A stretch of DNA of 64,000 nucleotides, taken from contig JANXER010000001.1 of the NCBI GenBank assembly GCA_025057955.1, positions 46,917-110,916 on the forward strand. Reading direction: 5' to 3'. This document shows, one piece after another, positions 1-8,615 of the stretch; the first letter of the stretch is position 1, and each line of letters opens with the position of its first letter. The translations under genes were made by a program, and so were the position numbers. The notes beneath the pieces are model-generated. The model saw only the letters and a list, made by a program, of their open reading frames with translations, did not search any database and was not told the DNA's origin. The stretch is from Candidatus Methanomethylicaceae archaeon (GTDB taxonomy: Archaea > Thermoproteota > Methanomethylicia > Methanomethylicales > Methanomethylicaceae).

Positions 1-1
1 A

Positions 2-853
2 GATAGAATGAAAATAGCAGAATATTTGGGATTTGATGGGCTTGTGGAAAATACTTTAGATGCAGTATCAACTAGAGATTTTTCACTTGAAGTAGCATCC
101 AATCTTGTGATATTGATGCTTGATATAAGTAGATTAGCAGAGGAAATAATAATTTGGGCAACAAAAGAGTTCAATTATATTGAGCTTCCAGATGAACATT
201 CTTCTACAAGCAGTATAATGCCTCAAAAGAAAAATCCAGTGACTGCAGAAATTCTAAGAGCTAAATGTGGTGAAATTATAGGAGAGCTTGTATCCATGCT
301 AACCATAATGAAGGCTCTTCCTCTTACATACAATTTAGATATGCAAGAGCTTACACCTCATCTTTGGAGGGCTTGTGAAATTTCAAGTAAATCCATTAGC
401 ATTCTCTCAGATTTAATTGCTAAAGTGAAATTTAATGAAAAACGCATGATGAATGCAGTAATTGATAGTTCATCAGTAGCAACAGAGCTTGCTGATATGC
501 TCGTTAGAAATTATAATATTCCTTTTAGAACTTCCCACCGCATTGTAGGAGAAATAATAAAGGAAATTTATCCAACTTCACTTTCCAAGATCGATCCAGA
601 AATAGTATCAGAAATGATTTATAAAAAAATAGGAATTAAACCAGAAGTGAAGTTAATTGAGAAAGCATTAGATCCATGGCATAATATTAATGTGAGAGAA
701 GTAATTGGGGGGCCTTCTCCTTTAGAGATTGAAAGAATGATAAATTCTAGATTACAAATAATTAACTCAAATAGAAAATTGATGGAAAGTATAGAGGAAA
801 AGCTTATGAATGGACTTAAAAAATTGAGGGAAGAAATCAATTACTTATTTTAA
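2..853 (+). CDS. argH: Argininosuccinate lyase, C-terminal part (5' truncated by window edge)
   Basis: Fumarase/ASL signature STSSIMPQKKNP; DAVSTRDF, YNLDMQE and PFRTSHRIVG motifs; frame stays open to the window start. Confidence 0.92.
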   Translation, partial: DRMKIAEYLGFDGLVENTLDAVSTRDFSLEVASNLVILMLDISRLAEEIIIWATKEFNYIELPDEHSSTSSIMPQKKNPVTAEILRAKCGEIIGELVSMLTIMKALPLTYNLDMQELTPHLWRACEISSKSISILSDLIAKVKFNEKRMMNAVIDSSSVATELADMLVRNYNIPFRTSHRIVGEIIKEIYPTSLSKIDPEIVSEMIYKKIGIKPEVKLIEKALDPWHNINVREVIGGPSPLEIERMINSRLQIINSNRKLMESIEEKLMNGLKKLREEINYLF

Positions 854-1702
854 TATTTCTCCTGTGCTTAAATACCATATATAGAGATCAAGCTCTGCTG
901 GTGTTATATTTAACTTATCAGCAATTGTAAAAAGCAAGGACTCTAGCTCTAAATATCTTCTTCTAGTCAAAATTCTAAATTCTTCAATCAATTCCTTATT
1001 TTTCAAATATCTTAAAATATGTCTATCTATTATTGCCAAATCCTTAAAACCTATGTTTCTTAGGAAGTGGCTAGCCTCTTTATATCCAAGGCCCTTTATA
1101 TTTTCCACAAGCCACTCTCTTATAGAGAAAGCACGCCTAAAGCTTCTTATAATATTCAATAGATTGCCGTAGTATTCTCTAGCTTCAATAATATAATCAG
1201 CTCTTTTTGGATAAAGATAGCCAAGCTCAATTAATTTCTCATATAATTTCTCTCTTGACATATTTATGAGGCCATCCCCTATTAAATTCTGAATAACTAT
1301 TGCCCTTTTTGCAGAGAAATTTGCTGTTAAAATGCAAAAGCATAATTCCTTGAATGTAGAATCTTCATTTTTTCCTATTTCCTCAAACTCTTTAATTCTA
1401 GCATCAACTATATTCTTGCATTTTGTTATTGCCCTCTCAATTTCATCAAGAAAATCTAGTTCAGCAATTTTTACTAAGAATCTATCAAGTGCTCTATTAA
1501 CTGAAAAAACACCATAAGGAATTTTATTTAGACTCTCTAATATTTTAGCAAAATCATCAAAATAATCCACAGCACAACAACTGACTATAACGTACCCCCC
1601 AAACTCTACTAAAATCACTCTTCCATGCTTTGAAATGGATAGAAGCTCACACTCTTTGCCGAATTTTCTTTCATGAATTTCTTTTATTGCTTCAAAATTC
1701 AT
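845..1702 (-). CDS. ogg: 8-oxoguanine DNA glycosylase/lyase (Ogg2 type) with an extra ~85-aa N-terminal domain
   Basis: ELCFCILTANFSA; HhH motif KGLGYKEASHFLRNIG with catalytic Lys; AIIDRHI; C-terminal ELDLYIWYLSTGEILK. Confidence 0.9.
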   Translation of the reverse strand: MNFEAIKEIHERKFGKECELLSISKHGRVILVEFGGYVIVSCCAVDYFDDFAKILESLNKIPYGVFSVNRALDRFLVKIAELDFLDEIERAITKCKNIVDARIKEFEEIGKNEDSTFKELCFCILTANFSAKRAIVIQNLIGDGLINMSREKLYEKLIELGYLYPKRADYIIEAREYYGNLLNIIRSFRRAFSIREWLVENIKGLGYKEASHFLRNIGFKDLAIIDRHILRYLKNKELIEEFRILTRRRYLELESLLFTIADKLNITPAELDLYIWYLSTGEILK

Positions 1703-1780
1703 AATTAAAATACTTCAAATTGAAGAATTTAACCATAGCGAATAAATAAAACAAGCGCTCGATATTTCTATGTGATTTAA

Positions 1781-2053
1781 ATGAAAAGAAGGCTTTTAGA
1801 CATACTTGCTTGTCCAATGTGTAAATATTACCCACTAGAGCTAATAGTTTTTGAGGAAGAAGAGGAAATTGAAGAGGGATTACTTATATGCAATAATTGT
1901 AATAGATGGTATCCAATAATAGAGGCCATACCCCATATGCTTCCAGATGATTTAAGAGATGAAAAGGAAGATCTTGAATTTCTGAAAAAATGGCAAGAGA
2001 GGGCTCCTGAAAAAATTTTAAAAAGTGGAAAGCCCTTCAATTTGAAAGGATGA
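1781..2053 (+). CDS. trm112: Trm112 family methyltransferase activator
   Basis: LLDILACPMCK...EGLLICNNCNRWYPIIEAIPHMLP zinc-knuckle pattern. Confidence 0.88.
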   Translation: MKRRLLDILACPMCKYYPLELIVFEEEEEIEEGLLICNNCNRWYPIIEAIPHMLPDDLRDEKEDLEFLKKWQERAPEKILKSGKPFNLKG

Positions 2054-2847
2054 AAGTAGGAATAATACAAATATATAGTGAAGAGAATAAAGAGGAAAAC
2101 CTTAGAAAAGCACTTGAATATTCTGAGAAGGTCATAAGCGAAGGAGCTGAATTATTACTACTTCCTGAATTATTTAATTTTCATTCATCAAAGGGCATAA
2201 GGGAGGATTATATAAAAAATGCTGAAGATGATAATGGATTAACTATAAGAGAATTGTTGAAATTAGCAAAGAAAAATAATGTTATATTTATTGCTGGAAG
2301 TATAGCAGAAAAAGCAGATGAGACTTTATATAATACATCATATGTTATTTCAAAAGATGGAATTCTTGGTAAGTATAGAAAGATTCATCTATTTAAGTAT
2401 GAGGATATAGATGAAAGTAAAATCTTCAGTCCAGGAAAAGATCCCATAGTGGTGGATTGCTTAGGAACAAAAATTGGCCTCACAATTTGCTTTGATCTTA
2501 GATTTCCAGAAATTTTCAGAATTGAGGCACTTATGGGAGCAGAAATCTTGATAAATGTAGCAGCTTTTTTAGAAAAAACTGGAAGAGCTCATTGGATGCC
2601 CCTCCTTAGAGCTAGAGCCATAGAGAATCAAGTCTTTCTATTAGCTGCAAATCAATCCTATCATGAAGGAGCACAAAGAAGGTACTATGGACATAGTTGT
2701 ATAATAGATCCTTGGGGCAGATGTTTAGCAAGAGCTAATGAAAAGGAGGGATTCTTAATAGCGGATATAGATATAGGAATGGTGGAGAACATAAGAAGCA
2801 AAATGCCATTATTAAAATTAATGGCATTTGATATAAAAAAAAGATAA
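2050..2847 (+). CDS. Carbon-nitrogen hydrolase (Nit/omega-amidase family)
   Basis: Glu-Lys-Cys triad motifs LLPE, YRKIHLF, ICFDLRFPE; RARAIENQ; GHSCIIDPWG. Confidence 0.9.
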   Translation: MKVGIIQIYSEENKEENLRKALEYSEKVISEGAELLLLPELFNFHSSKGIREDYIKNAEDDNGLTIRELLKLAKKNNVIFIAGSIAEKADETLYNTSYVISKDGILGKYRKIHLFKYEDIDESKIFSPGKDPIVVDCLGTKIGLTICFDLRFPEIFRIEALMGAEILINVAAFLEKTGRAHWMPLLRARAIENQVFLLAANQSYHEGAQRRYYGHSCIIDPWGRCLARANEKEGFLIADIDIGMVENIRSKMPLLKLMAFDIKKR

Positions 2848-2852
2848 CATGA

Positions 2853-2996
2853 TTACTTAATTCCTGCTCTGAAGAAAGCACCACAAGATGGACATTTGAA
2901 TAATCCAATTGTAACTGCCTTTCTTCCCTTAGGGGCTAATTGCCAAGTCTTTGTTGGAGAAGTTACTTCCTTACCACATTTTGGACATTTGGCCAT
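2853..2996 (-). CDS. cren7: Cren7 family chromatin protein, 47 aa, with two CxxC pairs (not in ORF track)
   Basis: My translation [47 protein letters not shown] matches the Cren7 core W.LAPKGRK.V.IGLFK.P..G..FR; GGTGA SD motif upstream. Confidence 0.9.
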   Translation of the reverse strand: MAKCPKCGKEVTSPTKTWQLAPKGRKAVTIGLFKCPSCGAFFRAGIK

Positions 2997-3195
2997 GAAC
3001 TTCACCAATATTAATATTATAATATTATCATTTAAAAACTTTATGGTGACAGTATACGTAAAAATAATCGCTAAAAATTAATATTAACATACTTTTAAAT
3101 TATAAAAAATATTTTTTAGTTTTTAATTAAGATAGATTATAAAATTTTATAACTTTAGGAAAAATTTAAAATTTTGTTAATAATGTATTATGATT

Positions 3196-3271
3196 AGCCC
3201 GGTGGTGTAGCGGCCAAGCATGGCGGGCTTTGGCCCCGCCGACAGGAGTTCGAATCTCCTCCGGGCTACCA
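3196..3271 (+). tRNA. tRNA-Gln(TTG), CCA encoded
   Basis: Acceptor stem AGCCCGG/CCGGGCT (A1-U72, typical of archaeal tRNA-Gln); anticodon arm GCGGG-CT TTG GC-CCCGC; T loop TTCGAAT. Confidence 0.95.
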
Positions 3272-3300
3272 AATTTGAAAAACTTCTATATACCCTCTAG

Positions 3301-3320
3301 CACCCTTATTTCTATTGCAT
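3301..3320 (-). promoter_or_regulatory. ORB-like Orc1/Cdc6 binding element upstream of cdc6
   Basis: Minus strand reads ATGCAATAGAAATAAGGGTG, resembling the ORB pattern TCCAnTGGAAA..AGGGG; 18 bp upstream of the cdc6 ATG. Confidence 0.45.
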
Positions 3321-3338
3321 CTACTGCGAGGATAAAAA

Positions 3339-4541
3339 ATGAGCGATTCATTAGATGAATTATTCAAAAGGGTATTAAGCGCAAAAATATTCATTAATAG
3401 GGATCTCCTTAGACCAGATTATATACCAGATGAGCTTCCTCATAGAGAAAGACAAATATTAAGACTTGCTGAAACGCTTACTCCAATATTAAAAGGATCA
3501 AGACCATCCAATGTATTCATATATGGAATGACGGGAACTGGAAAAACTGCTGTTACTAAATATGTTTTGAATAGATTGATGATTGAAGGGAAAAAGAAGG
3601 GAATTCCACTTAATATAGCATATATAAACTGTAGGCATGATGATACAAACTATAGAGTATTAGCAGATTTATGTGAGGCTATTAATGCTAAAGTGCCATT
3701 CACTGGATTATCAACTTCAGAACTTTTTAGAAGATTTCTAAAGACTTTGGATATCTCTGATAGAGCAATGTTTGTAGTTTTAGATGAAGTGGATTCACTA
3801 GTGAAAAAATCTGGCGATAGAGTATTATACGATTTAACTAGAATAAACAATCAATTAATTAGAGCAAAAGTAAGTATAATTGGTATTACAAATGATTTGA
3901 ATTTTACAGATTATTTAGATCCAAGGGTTAGAAGTAGCCTTGGAGAGGAGGAGCTTGTTTTTCCTCCATATACTGCTGTGGAACTAGAGGATATACTTAG
4001 GCAAAGGACTGAAAAGGCCTTTGTCAATGGTGTGATAAGCCCAGAGGTGATAAAACTATGTGCAGCACTTGCTGCAAAGGAACATGGAGATGCAAGAAGG
4101 GCTTTGGATTTGCTCAGAGTTGCAGGTGAGTTGGCTGAAAGAGAAGGAAGTGATAAAGTTTTGGAAATACATGTGAGAAATGCTCAGAAGGAGTTGGAGA
4201 AGGATAGAGTTGTAGAAGTTATTAGAACAATGCCTTTTCACTCTAAGCTTTTGATAATTAGCTTATATCTATTAGAAAAGGAAGGAAAAAGGGGCTGCAC
4301 CACTGGAGAGCTATATGAAGTATATTCTAAAATTTCCAAGAGCTATGGATTAGAGCCTCTTACTCAAAGAAGAATAAGCGATCTTATAAATGAACTTGAT
4401 ATGCTTGGTATTATTAATGCAAAAGTGGTAAGTAAAGGAAGATATGGAAGAACGAAGGTTGTAAATCTCATAGTGCCTTCTAGTAACTTAAAGGAGGCAA
4501 TGAAGGAAGATTCAATGGTTTATAGTTTTTTTGAAAAGTGA
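3339..4541 (+). CDS. cdc6: Orc1/Cdc6 replication initiator
   Basis: LRPDYIPDELPHRE, Walker A GMTGTGKT, Walker B VVLDEVD, HGDARRALDLLR, wHTH with KGRYGRT. Confidence 0.96.
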   Translation: MSDSLDELFKRVLSAKIFINRDLLRPDYIPDELPHRERQILRLAETLTPILKGSRPSNVFIYGMTGTGKTAVTKYVLNRLMIEGKKKGIPLNIAYINCRHDDTNYRVLADLCEAINAKVPFTGLSTSELFRRFLKTLDISDRAMFVVLDEVDSLVKKSGDRVLYDLTRINNQLIRAKVSIIGITNDLNFTDYLDPRVRSSLGEEELVFPPYTAVELEDILRQRTEKAFVNGVISPEVIKLCAALAAKEHGDARRALDLLRVAGELAEREGSDKVLEIHVRNAQKELEKDRVVEVIRTMPFHSKLLIISLYLLEKEGKRGCTTGELYEVYSKISKSYGLEPLTQRRISDLINELDMLGIINAKVVSKGRYGRTKVVNLIVPSSNLKEAMKEDSMVYSFFEK

Positions 4542-5089
4542 CTCTGATGAAAAGAGTAATGGCAATATGTGGAGGAGGATTTAGAAAGAATTTAAATAAG
4601 AATACAATAATGATACTTCTGATAACAGAAGGAATAATGCTTAGAAAATTATTAATAAAATACATTGAAGTTGATGGATTTGATGCAACAGATAAAATAT
4701 TGGAGGTCATGAGAAAGGAATCAATAGAACTCATAATTTCTGGAAGTATACCAATAGCAGGATTCAATTTAATAAATGCAAAGAGAATATTTGATGAAAA
4801 AGGAATACCTTCAATATTCATTTTGGAAAAAGAGCCAGATATGGAAGCTGTTAAAAGGGCTCTTATGAAGCATTTTGAGGATTGGAGGAGAAGGTTAGCT
4901 ATTTTAGAAGAGGTGAAAATACAAAGGGTTCAAACTTTAAAGGGAGAAATCATTTTAGGAACCTTTGGAATTGATTTAGAGGAAAGTATAAGGATTATAG
5001 AGAGTATAACAATCTTCGGAAAAACTCCAGAGCCTTTGAGACTAGCAAGAATGTTAGCTAAGTCCATTACTAAGTTTATAAAAACTTAA
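4538..5089 (+). CDS. DUF99 / endonuclease V-like (endonuclease dU) family protein, divergent
   Basis: IEVDGFDAT, AGFNLIN, PDMEAVKRALMKHF, PEPLRLA motifs; overlaps cdc6 stop codon. Confidence 0.8.
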   Translation: MTLMKRVMAICGGGFRKNLNKNTIMILLITEGIMLRKLLIKYIEVDGFDATDKILEVMRKESIELIISGSIPIAGFNLINAKRIFDEKGIPSIFILEKEPDMEAVKRALMKHFEDWRRRLAILEEVKIQRVQTLKGEIILGTFGIDLEESIRIIESITIFGKTPEPLRLARMLAKSITKFIKT

Positions 5090-6515
5090 CTGTAAACACC
5101 TTAAAATTGGAAATATCTATAACTGGAACAACACCAGGAGCAGGCTCAATGCCCATGGACATTTGATATTTTGTCTGTTTTTGCCAAGTTCCAGAGTTGG
5201 CCAATATTACGCCCTTATATTCAGATACCCCCCATACATGAACATGGCCAGCATGAAATATATCAGGAATGATATCTATTACCAATCTATCCATTGGTTC
5301 TGGTGCAATTGGAGTTTTTTCACCATAAATTGGAGCAATATGTCTAGACTTTAGTAATTCAGCCATGGCTTTCTGTGGTTCTCTAAAGCTACAATCAGGA
5401 AGAGCAGGAATAACATCATCTAAGCTTCTTCCATGAGTTATTAAGAAGATTAAACCTTCAATTTCTACAATTGCAGGATCGCCAAGCATTATTACATTCT
5501 TTAATGAATACAATGGAGCGCCTATATCCTTGTAAATTGGAGGAGTTGGTAGAGTTTGTCTGCAAGCATCATGATTTCCAGGAATTATTATAATCTTCAC
5601 ATCCTCTCTTATCATGGATAAGTAATGAGCAGCTTCTTCATATTGTCTATAAATGTCCTTAATAATTAATTCTTCTTCTTGATTTGGGTAAATCCCCACA
5701 CCATCAACAATATCTCCAGCAATTATCAAATACTTTAATTTTGAAGCTATACTTTTTTCATCATTTTCTCCATTAATCCATCTCAAGAAAGATTCAAACT
5801 CTTGCTTCATGAAGAGCTTACTACCTATATGTAAATCAGATGTTAAAGCAACATAGCTATTACTTTCAAGAAAGGCTCTTTTTCTAGGAATAATATCAGG
5901 CCAAACAACTTCTTCTCCCAATATAATTCCTTCGTTTATTAAATTTCCAAATATACATATTACTTGATCCATCATTACTCTAGAGGCCTTTTTCTTAGCT
6001 TCATCCTTAAAAATCACTCTAACAATACCTTCAAAATCCTCCAGCTCAATTATTATTCTATCCTTAGTTTCTTTTTTTGAAGCCACTAATCCAATCACTT
6101 TTACCTTTTTCTGTTTATTGTTTAATCCAGATGGACCACATGCTCCAACAACATCTGATCTTGAGGTTAAGAAGCTCCTTAGTCTCTCAAATCTATTTAT
6201 GAAATATCGTTTGAAATCATCTGGTTTTCCCTCTATATAGCTACTTTCCTCCCCACTGATAACTTTTATTTTATGAGAAGTCTCTTTACTCTTTGGTTTT
6301 AGAACTTCTGATGAAGTCCTTGTTAATAGAGACTCAATATGAATTCGTTCTATTATAATTGGTTTCTCTTCCATAGACTCAAGGTTTTTAATAAGTCTAT
6401 TTACCAGTCCCTCGGGATCTTTGCTTTCCCTTAGGAGATTAAAAGCTTCTGGAGATATTTGATAGCCCATACTGAGAAGTAAATTATAAGCTGAAAGTAG
6501 TGATTTTTTTTGCAC
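5076..6515 (-). CDS. polB: DNA polymerase D small (proofreading exonuclease) subunit DP1
   Basis: OB fold plus calcineurin-like motifs SDLHIGS, AGDIVDGVGIYPNQ, PGNHD, HGRSLDD, HAGHVH, NSGTWQ. Confidence 0.92.
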   Translation of the reverse strand: MQKKSLLSAYNLLLSMGYQISPEAFNLLRESKDPEGLVNRLIKNLESMEEKPIIIERIHIESLLTRTSSEVLKPKSKETSHKIKVISGEESSYIEGKPDDFKRYFINRFERLRSFLTSRSDVVGACGPSGLNNKQKKVKVIGLVASKKETKDRIIIELEDFEGIVRVIFKDEAKKKASRVMMDQVICIFGNLINEGIILGEEVVWPDIIPRKRAFLESNSYVALTSDLHIGSKLFMKQEFESFLRWINGENDEKSIASKLKYLIIAGDIVDGVGIYPNQEEELIIKDIYRQYEEAAHYLSMIREDVKIIIIPGNHDACRQTLPTPPIYKDIGAPLYSLKNVIMLGDPAIVEIEGLIFLITHGRSLDDVIPALPDCSFREPQKAMAELLKSRHIAPIYGEKTPIAPEPMDRLVIDIIPDIFHAGHVHVWGVSEYKGVILANSGTWQKQTKYQMSMGIEPAPGVVPVIDISNFKVFTVKFL

Positions 6516-6593
6516 AAATGCAATTATTAATTAGGAAATTTAAACAGTTTGCTTTAAAGGAAGGGCTGATGAATTTATGTTGGGGGAAGGGCT

Positions 6594-7562
6594 TTGGAAT
6601 ATAGAAGATTACAAAAAAGCAAGGGTGGATCTTTCTTAATATCAATACCTAAAGAATGGGTTAAGAAAAATAGCCTAGATGCAGGGGCTGTTGTGAGAAT
6701 TTCTGAGGGGGAGGGAGGGACATTAATAATATCAAGCGAAGGAGAGGAGCAGGAAAGTAAAATAGTTACTATAAAAGGAGGTGAAAACCTCGAAAAGCAA
6801 ATTCGAACTCAATACTTAATGGGTGCAGATACCATAGTAATAAATTTCGATACAAAAATCTCACCAATTGTAAGAGAAAGAATAAAGGAGGCCATAAGTA
6901 AGCTTATAGGTCTAGAAATTGTGGAGGAAGGAATAGACACTATAACCATTCAATGTTTACTTCAACCAACTTCCATGCCATTGAAAAGTAGTTTAAGAAG
7001 AGCTTACTCCTTAGCTGCTAGTATGCATAAGGATGCTGAAGAAGCTCTATTAAATGGAGATTTAGAACTTTCAGAAATTGTAATCAAAAGGGATGAAGAG
7101 GTGGATAGGCTCTATTTTCTAATCGTTAGACAGCTTAGATCAGCTGTAAGAAATCAAAGATTGGCAGATAAGCTTGGTGTTAAGGCTGCGGAATGTCTTG
7201 ATTTAAGGATGGCTGCTAAATATATAGAGAGTATTGCTGATTATTCAGAGGGCATAGCTAAAAATGTAAAAATAATTCATAAAGAAAGAATTGAAGATGA
7301 AATAATGAATGGATTGAAGGAGCTTAGTAGAATAGCATATTCATTACATGATGAGGCTATTCATGCTCTTTTCAGGAATGATACAAAAGTTGCAATTAAA
7401 GTTATCGAGAGAAGTAGAGATCTTGTAAATAATATGATTAGTATAAATAAATTACTAACTGTAAAACAGCAAAAATTTTCCACTATTTTGAATACTGTGG
7501 CAATGTATATGTATAATATAGGTGAATGTGGAATAGATTTAGCTGAACTTGTAGGATATTAA
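6594..7562 (+). CDS. AbrB-domain PhoU family regulator
   Basis: N-terminal RRLQKSKGGSFLISIPKEWV (AbrB/SpoVT); PhoU motifs RDEEVDRLYFLIVRQL, IESIADY. Confidence 0.85.
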   Translation: MEYRRLQKSKGGSFLISIPKEWVKKNSLDAGAVVRISEGEGGTLIISSEGEEQESKIVTIKGGENLEKQIRTQYLMGADTIVINFDTKISPIVRERIKEAISKLIGLEIVEEGIDTITIQCLLQPTSMPLKSSLRRAYSLAASMHKDAEEALLNGDLELSEIVIKRDEEVDRLYFLIVRQLRSAVRNQRLADKLGVKAAECLDLRMAAKYIESIADYSEGIAKNVKIIHKERIEDEIMNGLKELSRIAYSLHDEAIHALFRNDTKVAIKVIERSRDLVNNMISINKLLTVKQQKFSTILNTVAMYMYNIGECGIDLAELVGY

Positions 7563-7714
7563 ATGAAAATTTTCTTTTTTTAGTTAAAAAACCAGAAAAC
7601 TTACTCATTTTATAAAATAAGATTAAAAATGAGAATATTTTGGCTTTATACAGAAATAGTTACATATTTATATATTTGGATTTTCAATAACTTTTTTTGG
7701 GTTTGGTGAGGCAA

Positions 7715-8101
7715 ATGAAGGAGCTGGGTAAACACATTATACTTGAGCTATTTGGGTGTGATGTCAAAGCTCTCGACGACCTAAAAGGTATAGCAGAAAC
7801 AATGAGAAAAAGTGCAGAAGAGGCAGGAGCAAGAATAGTTGGTGAAGCCTTTCATAAATTCAATCCACAAGGAGTAAGTGGCGTAGTAATAATAGCTGAG
7901 TCTCACATATCCATACACACATGGCCGGAGTTTGGTTATGCTGCTGTGGATATATTTACATGTAGTACAAATGTAAATCCATCCAATAGTACAAATGTAA
8001 ATCCATCCAAGGCCTATAAGAGGATAATAGAGTACTTCAAACCAAAGACGATGAGCTTGATGGAGGTCAAAAGGGGGTTACTAATGGGGGATAAGATTTA
8101 G
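7715..8101 (+). CDS. speD: S-adenosylmethionine decarboxylase proenzyme (pyruvoyl), with an internal 8-aa duplication
   Basis: GKHIILELFGC, PQGVSGVVIIAESHISIHTWPE autocleavage site, VDIFTC; ATG 7715 follows GGTGAGG SD; followed by a speE remnant. Confidence 0.85.
   Translation: MKELGKHIILELFGCDVKALDDLKGIAETMRKSAEEAGARIVGEAFHKFNPQGVSGVVIIAESHISIHTWPEFGYAAVDIFTCSTNVNPSNSTNVNPSKAYKRIIEYFKPKTMSLMEVKRGLLMGDKI
7963..8010 (+). repeat. Exact 24-bp tandem duplication inside speD
   Basis: TAGTACAAATGTAAATCCATCCAA at 7963-7986 and 7987-8010. Confidence 0.95.
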
Positions 8102-8325
8102 CCTAAACTGGAAATGGTTCATTGAATATTCAGAGCCTTTCAATATACATATGCATAGAATAAAAATGATGGTATATGATAAGAAGAGTAGAGTATAGAT
8201 ATTGTTGAAATATATGAGTATGGTAGTATGTTAATTTTATATGATGAATTTCAATCAATACTTTTATTATGAGGCTTTATCTCATCATAGTTGCTCATCC
8301 CAATAAAAGGTTATAGATTATTAAA
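8097..8325 (+). pseudogene. speE: Degraded spermidine synthase (speE) remnant
   Basis: Fragments in shifting frames: WKWFIEYSEPFNIHMHRIKMMVYDKKSRV*, IVEIYEYGSMLILYDEFQS, FYYEALSH, VAHPNKRL*II. They follow the SpeE N-terminal order (W F.E, KS.YQ, IVET..YG..LILD...QS, YHEAL.H, AHPNP.RVLII). Confidence 0.75.
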
Positions 8326-8615
8326 AAGAATTATGAAATAGAAAAGAAAATATTAAGTAATAATGGTTACTTGAGTTGCCTCCATTTACTATAACATTTT
8401 ATGTATAGAGCATAGAATAAATATATAAAACAAGAAGGCAGAAGGATAAAGCGCATAATTTCATGTGAAAATTTGTTTATAAAAGCGAGAGCAAGGAAAA
8501 ATTAAGAAAGCGAAACCTTGAAAATATACATAATTTTGCTAAGAATATTTAATGAAAGTTCAATATTCATACTAATGATAAAAGATTTAGGAGGGATTTA
8601 TAAAATTTAAAATTG

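Noticed and set aside
2896-3081. 61-aa plus-strand ORF in the track
   Set aside because: Antisense shadow of the real Cren7 gene, running into AT-rich non-coding DNA
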